NCBI GenBank assembly: GCA_037442745.1
Contig: JBBIPP010000012.1
Span: forward strand, 36,702-59,377
Direction: 5' to 3'
Origin: an archaeon
GTDB taxonomy: Archaea > SpSt-1190 > DYHY01
DNA: 22,676 bases
The notes under the pieces were generated by a model, which worked only from the letters and a program-made list of their open reading frames with translations, was not told where the DNA came from and did not search any database. A program made the translations under genes and the position numbers. The first letter of the stretch is position 1; the number at the start of each line of letters is the position of its first letter. Positions 16,139 through 22,676 of the stretch are shown here, piece by piece.

Positions 16139-17605
16139 TCAGGAGGCATTGGGATCTTCAGGAACATAGTATGTAGAGAAGCTTTCGAACGCCTCCGCCC
16201 GCTCAAGAATTTTTATTATTCCTTCCGTTCGGTAGAGGCTTTCTTCAAACAAAGCGAGCTCTCTTAGCTTTGCCTCGTCAAGTTCGGGGGGCCTGCCAAT
16301 GAAAACGAGTTTTTTCCCGCCGGACAAGAGGGTCCCAGTTTCCGGAAAAAGGAACTCTATCTCGTTTCCCTTTCTCCAGTATTGTTCCGCCCGCTCGTAA
16401 TAATCCAGAAGGAACGACTTTCTTGCGAAAAGAAATTTTCGGTCGGGATCGAAAAAGCCGATTGTCCAATCCCCAGATCCAAAGTTTTCGGAAACATGCG
16501 CTTCCGCCTCGTATCCAGGGTGGAGAGCTTCCAAGGTAACTGAGCGCACTTTATCTACGTTTGAGAACGTTCCGAAAAGCAAAAATGATGAGAAAACTAT
16601 TGTTGCCGCTGGCCCGAGGAGGCGCCCTCCCGGCAACACGGCTGAAGAAGAAACAACAACAAGAACGAGCGGGATTGAGACTATCAGGAAATGGCTTATT
16701 ATTCGTGGATTTGCAACCGGAAAAGCCACGACGAACGACAGGGTCAGCAAGAACAAAAGAACGAACTGAAATGCCCTTCCAGAAAGGCCTGTTTTAATTA
16801 TCGCGATGGCAGAGAGAATGAAGAAAATCCAGAGGGCCCATGCAAGTGATGTTCCGCTCTCGTTTCCGAATACAAGCGAGTGCTTGGCAAGAGTCCCAAT
16901 CCGTTCAATGAAATATCCAGGAACATTGGCAGGCTCCCCTATTGCCTTTTGGACTGAAAAGATGCTTGCTCCCTCAGAAAAAGGCAAGGAGAGTGCCAGC
17001 GCAAGGGCCACGAACCCTGCGCTCTTGATAACTCCCCACCTCTTTACAGAAATTACTGCCGCGAAAGGGAGGAGGAAATAGAGGAAAATGAGCTTGATTC
17101 CTATTCCGACAGCGGCAATTGCCGCGGGAAGAAAGATTCCCTTCCCCGATCTCTGCCATACGAAGAGCACTCCTGCGGAAAGAGCCACGCACAAAGTCTC
17201 GACCCAAAGACCCCATGTGGACATTTCAGTGAACAATGGGAGGCATATTAGGAGAATTCCTCCCGAAAGGCCAGCTTCCCATCCGTATTCCCTCTTCAGG
17301 AAAAGGTAAATCCAGACTGCGCCGAGAGCCGAGAAAATAATGTTAATTATTTTGGCTTCCCTGAGAATCCCCAAGGTCGACTCGTGGAAAACAGGCAGGA
17401 ACGAGACATACAGGAGGGAAGTCCCCCTCCACATATACGGATGGGACGGAACATCCCCGGCAGTTGAGATTATGTGGCCCCTGACTGCGAAATCTATCTG
17501 CTCGTGCGTTCCAGTCGGTTGTGCGGATGAGAACGAGAGAAATACAAGGGCAGAAAGGGAAAGCAGAATCAGGATTGCTAGGAAATCGGAGCTTTTCTTC
17601 GCTAT
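16139..17605 (-). CDS. GT-C fold (ArnT/PMT-like) membrane glycosyltransferase; apparent ATA start
   Basis: Many TM helices, HPY, VETL, GIGIKL motifs and a soluble C-terminus. The frame is open 57 codons upstream of ATG 17434 to ATA 17605, adding a TM helix and HEQID. Confidence 0.7.
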   Translation of the reverse strand: MAKKSSDFLAILILLSLSALVFLSFSSAQPTGTHEQIDFAVRGHIISTAGDVPSHPYMWRGTSLLYVSFLPVFHESTLGILREAKIINIIFSALGAVWIYLFLKREYGWEAGLSGGILLICLPLFTEMSTWGLWVETLCVALSAGVLFVWQRSGKGIFLPAAIAAVGIGIKLIFLYFLLPFAAVISVKRWGVIKSAGFVALALALSLPFSEGASIFSVQKAIGEPANVPGYFIERIGTLAKHSLVFGNESGTSLAWALWIFFILSAIAIIKTGLSGRAFQFVLLFLLTLSFVVAFPVANPRIISHFLIVSIPLVLVVVSSSAVLPGGRLLGPAATIVFSSFLLFGTFSNVDKVRSVTLEALHPGYEAEAHVSENFGSGDWTIGFFDPDRKFLFARKSFLLDYYERAEQYWRKGNEIEFLFPETGTLLSGGKKLVFIGRPPELDEAKLRELALFEESLYRTEGIIKILERAEAFESFSTYYVPEDPNAS

Positions 17606-17623
17606 GCCACTCCCACCTTTCCC

Positions 17624-18841
17624 TCAAAATTCATCAGAGCTCGGCCTCTTCCTACTGGAGACGAACTCCATTTCTTCCGCAAGTTCAGGTCTTCCTTTTG
17701 AATACTCTTCGCGCGCCTGAACGAGCGCCCTTGCCCAGACTTTTGTCCATTTGGGGTGCGCGCGGTAGCCTGCGCCAATTGTTGTTATGAAATCAACCAA
17801 GCCAACAATGTCAATTAACGGCTTCAGGCCACCTGAGATTATTGGACAGCACTTTTTCATCCCGCTCAGTCTGTCGTCTTTCAGTATCAGGTGTCTTGCC
17901 GAATCCTCATCATTTTCCGGAATCATTCCCAATCCTTGCTCGAATAAATGATTTTTTCCCTTGAAATGGAGAATGTTCTGAGCGGCAGAGACTTCCTCTT
18001 CAGGGCTGCCTTTCATTTCCCGGTGAAAATGAGGGAATATTCCCGGATATTTCCTTCCGAGAGCCAGGACTGCCATCCAACCTGCGGTTATCCTGCCAAT
18101 CAAAAAGCAATAGCTTCCCGGCCTAAACCCTGCAGACCTTGTTATTTCACACCGTGCCACGATTGTGTCATAGTCGGGGGCGGAGACGCTGAACAAACGG
18201 ACATTCTTCTTTCCAGTCTCCTTTACTGCCTTGTCAATTGCCTCCTTCACATTGAGAACTATTTTGTCATACTGGCAGAAATAATTGTCCGCCCGGGGCT
18301 CGTTGTTCTTGACAAAATCCACTTCCAAGACTAGGAAAGCATAGCAGACCTCGGCATATTTGGCGGAGGTGAGGCCATTTTTCTGTTTTACTATTGTCCA
18401 GATTGTTTGTTTATCGAAGACTCTGAGATATTCCCGAAGGTCGTCAAGAGCGTAGGACTGGCCGTCGTATTTCTCTACCATTGACGGAGAAAACTGGATG
18501 TCAAGGAGCTTCAGTTCGGAGACATCCTTCATTCCGAGGATTTTTCCCACGACATATGTCAGGATTTTCTGCATATTTCCTCTCCTGTCAAAAAGGCGCA
18601 AGGTGCATGCAATCAATACTAGTGCGTTCATTTCCCGGGAGAAAGGGGTTTCCGTCGATAATTCCGCAGCAACCTTTGTCGCTGCTTGAATGAGCGAGAG
18701 TCTTTTTTCGGGAACTATCCCGAAGACTGGGAGCAGGCATTCCCCGTTTTTTTCGTCCGGAAGGGACAAGTTGACATTTGCTTTTTGCTTGTCATTCGGC
18801 GATGGAACAAATTTTTCAATTTCAGTCCCCTTTCCAGCCAT
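17624..18841 (-). CDS. rbcL: Degenerate form II/III RuBisCO large subunit homologue, probably inactive
   Basis: AAELST, LFDRRGN, TIVKQKNGLT, DFVKNNEP, HFHR, PIISGG, HP motifs; catalytic KxDE reads KNNE and the loop-6 region is missing. Confidence 0.85.
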   Translation of the reverse strand: MAGKGTEIEKFVPSPNDKQKANVNLSLPDEKNGECLLPVFGIVPEKRLSLIQAATKVAAELSTETPFSREMNALVLIACTLRLFDRRGNMQKILTYVVGKILGMKDVSELKLLDIQFSPSMVEKYDGQSYALDDLREYLRVFDKQTIWTIVKQKNGLTSAKYAEVCYAFLVLEVDFVKNNEPRADNYFCQYDKIVLNVKEAIDKAVKETGKKNVRLFSVSAPDYDTIVARCEITRSAGFRPGSYCFLIGRITAGWMAVLALGRKYPGIFPHFHREMKGSPEEEVSAAQNILHFKGKNHLFEQGLGMIPENDEDSARHLILKDDRLSGMKKCCPIISGGLKPLIDIVGLVDFITTIGAGYRAHPKWTKVWARALVQAREEYSKGRPELAEEMEFVSSRKRPSSDEF

Positions 18842-19095
18842 TATTGATGGAAGGAGTGGGAAATATTTAAGCAATTCCGATTGGGAGAGATTCTACAGGA
18901 CAGTCCAATTGAAGGGAACGAAAAAATCCCTCAATTACAATGCGAGAGGAAGGAGCTTCCCTGCAGTCTCAGTCACAGCCCCCAATTGTCGGAGCAGTTG
19001 CATTGCCAATCCCTTGATCCGCATAATTCCCTAAGAGTAAATACTTATGTGCAAATATAAGGTCAAATGATTATTTTAAATTGCTGATATAGTGT

Positions 19096-19135
19096 AAAAA
19101 AAAGGAACAAAATAAAACAAAAAAGAGAAAAAAAA
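19096..19135 (-). terminator. Oligo-T tract terminator after the surface protein gene
   Basis: Several T runs (up to T8) on the minus strand just after the stop at 19145. Confidence 0.55.
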
Positions 19136-19144
19136 GACCAATTT

Positions 19145-22100
19145 TTAATTTCCTCCGAACCACGACAGGAGAACTGCGAAAAAGTTCCCAGATGGCATGC
19201 TGTTTGCAGGTGGATTCGCCTTTAGATAGCCTGACTGGCCAACACTTCTGCAGTCGGCATATTCATTGTTCACCTTGTCAATCGCGTTGTTCAGGGTCGT
19301 TATTGTGATCCCTCTTGGAAGGTAGACAGTCCTATCCGCTCCAAGAGCGCTTTCTGAGAGATCCAAGAGATAGCGGACAGTCTTTCCGGCGAATGGACCG
19401 TACTGGATATAGAGGTCGCCTATTTTTGCGCCTCCAGTTTCCTTTCCGATTCCGGCGTCCGACGCAAGAACGTTCAGCTTCAGTGCAGTGACTTGCCCTC
19501 CGAAAACTCCTGAATCTGTATTTGTCGGGTTAGCGTAGGACTTGTCAAGGGGCCTTGCGCGCCCTCCGGCCGGAAGATAGTTAGCGACTGCTGATGCGCT
19601 GGAAAGGGTTATTGAATATCTTCCCTTTCCTACCCTGAGCGTCCCTCCGGTTATCGTCTGCCAATTGTTCGAAAGAAGCGCTCCTATGTTATGCCCTGCC
19701 GGATTCGCCCCCCATCCCCCCTGTGTTTGTGTGCAGTAGAGAGTTGTTGAAGGAGGGCTCGTGGTTGTAGTTGTGTTCTGCGGAGCCGTTGTGGTTGTTC
19801 TGGGAACGGTTGTAGTTGTTGTCGGAACTGTTATCATAGTTACTCCGCAGTTGACCTTGACTGTCTTGTTGCACTGGGGATATCCCGAAACTCTGGCAGA
19901 AAGCGTGTAAACTCCCTCGACTGCGGGGATGTTTATTCTTGCTGGTGTTGTGGGATAGGTAAAGTTCAGGACATTTGATGCGTTCTTCACTCCAAGAAGT
20001 CCTGACGAAGCTGTCGGAGTCCAAGAGAGAGTTCCTGTTATTGTGTAAGGGCTTGCTGGATACGGGCAGTAGAACATTGAGGCGGACGCCTTTGCGCAGA
20101 ACAACTGGGACACTCCCGTCCTGTTCGTGCTGTTAGTGCAGAGCCTTGCCGCCCTGTAAGCATTCTTACAAGTCGAGCAATACGCGTCGCAGAAAGTGGT
20201 CTTCTTGCATCCATTTACCCCTTCAATTTCGCACTCTACAGTCCCAGCAGGGCAGGGTGGCGGAGTGCATGCTGAAATGATGTCGTCGCAGTCGTCCCTT
20301 GGGACAAGTATTGCGTTCGCAGTAAAGTTGCCGTTCCTCTGTATGGGGGGGTTCCTCAGGACAATTTCCCTCTGCTCGTCAATGCTCTTACAGGTGCAGA
20401 CTCTTCCGTTCGGAGTCTCAGATAGCGTTGTGCACCATGCGGTTTCGGGCCAGAAACAAGTTGTTCCGCCGCATTCTCTGCTTGCAGTGCAGGCGGAGCC
20501 TGTCGGAAGCAGGTTTGCGGTTGGAGCAAGTCCCGTTGTTGCAGCTGCAGTGGCCCCAAGAGTCCCAGAAGCCGACGCAGCGGGAGCGTTGACTTGCTTA
20601 GCTTGCTTTTGAATTATTGAAGCTTGTTTGTCCTCGTCAAAATTTGGTTCCTTTGCTGGAGGCTTGAATGATCCTCCGTCAAGCTTCACCATCATTATCC
20701 TGACATAGAGGCTCCTAGCTGATTCGGGCGTCGTGAAATAGGGCCGGAGATTGAACTCCTTTGAGCATTCTAGGCCGTTCTCGATGAAGCCGTCGTCGTT
20801 GCAGAGCGTCTGCCATCCGGAGGGCGTCTTCACCTGAATTGTCATCTTTCCCCAGAGATAGGAACCGGTGGAATTCTTCTTCCAGAAGCTTCCGTTTCCG
20901 GAGAATGAGCTGTAGAGGTTTGAAAATGAGAGCTCTGAAAGATATCGTTCATATTGCGAGGTCGGGACCCTTCCTAGCCAGTCTCTGTATGAGACATATA
21001 CAACCCTTGTGGCGAGCCTTCCGTCAGGATTCCTCGCATCAAGGTTGAATGACGCGCTCTCGGCGGAACAGGCTTTCAGCAAATCATTTATCAGGCGCCC
21101 GTTGTCATCGGAATTTTTCTTCGTATAGTTGTTGGAGTTTTCGTCGTTCTTCTCCTCATAGAGATATGCCGCGCCCGGGCTGAGCGCAAAAGGAGAGCCG
21201 GGGAAACTCACGTTTGAAGGACAGACGAATGCCGAGCACTTGGCGTTCAGGTTTATTGAGCAAGCAGAGGGAAGCGCTTCACAAACAACCTGCTGTTGGG
21301 ATTGGCACCCGGGGATTTCTGCCGAGCCATCCTTTACAATCCCCTTGACGGAGAATGTTTTCGAGGAATATTGGGCCGGGGTTGTGAATTGCACCTTTAC
21401 CGGCGAGACTGCGCTCGAGTTCAACCTTCTTGTTTCGTTGCCGTCAAGAACAGTTATTGTCCCAATGGCCCTGTCATATCCGGAAACTGAGAAGGTCTTG
21501 TTTCCTGTGATTATCCAGCTGTTTCCGGAGGTTATGCACTTGGCAAGAACCTTTGACTCGCAGGTTTTCTGAAGATATTTGCAGGTGACCGGCTTTGTCT
21601 GTGTGCATCCGGGAATTTCGCCAGTAGAGTTTTTGACAGTTGCAACCAGCCTGTATTGGTTGTAAGCGCTCGCGGTCTGGTTTATCTGCGTTACTAGGAA
21701 CGGGTGTGTAGAGTTTATTTCATGGATGTTCATCCAATTTCCGTCAATGTTCTTCTCAATTTCAAGGAACGCTATTGCTCCGGAATGCCCTGTCGAATTC
21801 CACGTGGCGTTTCCGGAAACAGCGAAAATGTTGTTAACGGCGTCAGAAGAGCAAGAGGCGGACACTTCAACGGAGCAGGTCTTTGGAGGGATTGTTGTTG
21901 TTGTGGGAACAGTCGTCCCGGGGACGGTTGTTGTGGTGCTTGGCTTCACTGTCGTCGTTGTCTTGCAACTAGGGCAATCGTTGCCAGTGCATTTGCAGAG
22001 CGTTTCGCAGTTATCTCCGCTTCCGATTGTGGTGACCCCGTTGCTGCACGTGCATCTCATGTAGCCTGGGGGAGTTGTTGCTTGGCATTGGCCATAGCAT

Positions 22101-22498
22101 TTCTTTCCGTCATATGTGTAAAGACAGGTGTTGGTTCCGGGTATTGGATCGCAAGAATCGTAGTTTCCGCCAAGGTGGCAGGTGGCGTATCCGGAGCACC
22201 CTGCAGTGTTTATCGGGGTGCAGCTGTAGCTTTTTTCAACGCCCGGAGGGCAGGCTCCGATTGAGGTAGTTGTAGTTGGACGGATTGAAGTTGTTGGACG
22301 GATTGTGGTTGTGGTTGCAGGGGCGCAGCCCTTGCAAGGGCCGGCTGGCTGGTTAGGATTTGCGCATCCGCACTGGTCCCAACAACGGTCCTCGCATGGA
22401 AGTATTGCAAAGCCTTTGTCAGCAAGCATGAAGAAAAGGGAGAAAAGCCCGAGAAGAAAAATTGTGCTTAAAATTAACTTGGAGTTCCCCATAGCCAT
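19145..22498 (-). CDS. Large secreted/surface glycoprotein with Cys-rich modules, Thr-rich linkers and Ig-like repeats
   Basis: Signal peptide (MAMGNSKLILSTIFLLGLFSLFFML...GFA), PTTTT linkers, many NxS/T sequons, C-terminal YCTQTQGGWG...GQVTALKLN domain and amphipathic end GNFFAVLLSWFGGN. Confidence 0.85.
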   Translation of the reverse strand: MAMGNSKLILSTIFLLGLFSLFFMLADKGFAILPCEDRCWDQCGCANPNQPAGPCKGCAPATTTTIRPTTSIRPTTTTSIGACPPGVEKSYSCTPINTAGCSGYATCHLGGNYDSCDPIPGTNTCLYTYDGKKCYGQCQATTPPGYMRCTCSNGVTTIGSGDNCETLCKCTGNDCPSCKTTTTVKPSTTTTVPGTTVPTTTTIPPKTCSVEVSASCSSDAVNNIFAVSGNATWNSTGHSGAIAFLEIEKNIDGNWMNIHEINSTHPFLVTQINQTASAYNQYRLVATVKNSTGEIPGCTQTKPVTCKYLQKTCESKVLAKCITSGNSWIITGNKTFSVSGYDRAIGTITVLDGNETRRLNSSAVSPVKVQFTTPAQYSSKTFSVKGIVKDGSAEIPGCQSQQQVVCEALPSACSINLNAKCSAFVCPSNVSFPGSPFALSPGAAYLYEEKNDENSNNYTKKNSDDNGRLINDLLKACSAESASFNLDARNPDGRLATRVVYVSYRDWLGRVPTSQYERYLSELSFSNLYSSFSGNGSFWKKNSTGSYLWGKMTIQVKTPSGWQTLCNDDGFIENGLECSKEFNLRPYFTTPESARSLYVRIMMVKLDGGSFKPPAKEPNFDEDKQASIIQKQAKQVNAPAASASGTLGATAAATTGLAPTANLLPTGSACTASRECGGTTCFWPETAWCTTLSETPNGRVCTCKSIDEQREIVLRNPPIQRNGNFTANAILVPRDDCDDIISACTPPPCPAGTVECEIEGVNGCKKTTFCDAYCSTCKNAYRAARLCTNSTNRTGVSQLFCAKASASMFYCPYPASPYTITGTLSWTPTASSGLLGVKNASNVLNFTYPTTPARINIPAVEGVYTLSARVSGYPQCNKTVKVNCGVTMITVPTTTTTVPRTTTTAPQNTTTTTSPPSTTLYCTQTQGGWGANPAGHNIGALLSNNWQTITGGTLRVGKGRYSITLSSASAVANYLPAGGRARPLDKSYANPTNTDSGVFGGQVTALKLNVLASDAGIGKETGGAKIGDLYIQYGPFAGKTVRYLLDLSESALGADRTVYLPRGITITTLNNAIDKVNNEYADCRSVGQSGYLKANPPANSMPSGNFFAVLLSWFGGN

Positions 22499-22521
22499 AT
22501 TGGAAAGAAACTACTCACAAG

Positions 22522-22529
22522 TATATAAA
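22522..22529 (-). promoter_or_regulatory. TATA box TTTATATA for the surface protein gene
   Basis: 24-31 nt upstream of ATG 22498, consistent with a leaderless archaeal transcript. Confidence 0.6.
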
Positions 22530-22582
22530 TATTTGGACAAACTATTGGTCTGTTGAAACCCTCCTAGAAAATGACTGAAAGG

Positions 22583-22606
22583 AATATCCGGCCGAAGCCG
22601 GATATT
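22583..22606. other. Perfect 10-bp hairpin AATATCCGGC-CGAA-GCCGGATATT
   Basis: Seen directly; outer AAAATGA (22568-22574)/TCATTTT (22610-22616) may extend it. Confidence 0.4.
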
Positions 22607-22676
22607 GGTTCATTTTGTAATAAACAAACCTTTGTTTAACCTGTTCAGGAAGTATTTATTGAAAGCGGGCATCCCG

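Noticed and set aside
21880-22320. GTT/GTG-rich repeats as a VNTR or non-coding repeat
   Set aside because: They encode the Thr-rich linkers of the surface protein.
22568-22620. Hammerhead ribozyme
   Set aside because: CTGAAAG and GAA are present, but the CTGANGA/GAAA core and three-stem layout are not met.
1-22676. CRISPR array or cas genes
   Set aside because: No regularly spaced direct repeats and no cas-like ORFs were seen.

Overview
Archaeal-type genomic window. TATA-box promoters, a form II/III RuBisCO homologue and the small wHTH families suggest a DPANN-like host; this is inference. The left flank holds a decayed ORF and a YdbS/YdbT-like bPH_2 membrane protein pair. The centre is a tRNA-Cys(GCA)-anchored island with a tyrosine integrase carrying a Zn ribbon. 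Its ~9.5 kb cargo comprises a nonsense-broken restriction endonuclease, an intact Dcm-like C5 methyltransferase, broken vsr, a broken type IIG R-M gene, two other PD-(D/E)xK-like nucleases, a YwgA/Panacea-like wHTH, a small-protein/wHTH/DUF3467 triad and a tandem pair of Myb-like paralogues. The most striking unannotated structure is a pair of ~155-180 bp composite imperfect INVERTED repeats bracketing the cargo (5541-5720 and 15219-15373). Each has a recombinase-core-like palindrome and three CGG-N2-CGG-N2-CG-like boxes, with compensatory substitutions and a swapped module order, and the integrase lies just outside. The right flank holds pseudogene remnants, a GT-C glycosyltransferase with an apparent ATA start, a catalytically degenerate but open RuBisCO gene and a 1117-aa Cys/Thr-rich surface protein. 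All family calls come from motif recognition by eye; no searches were run.
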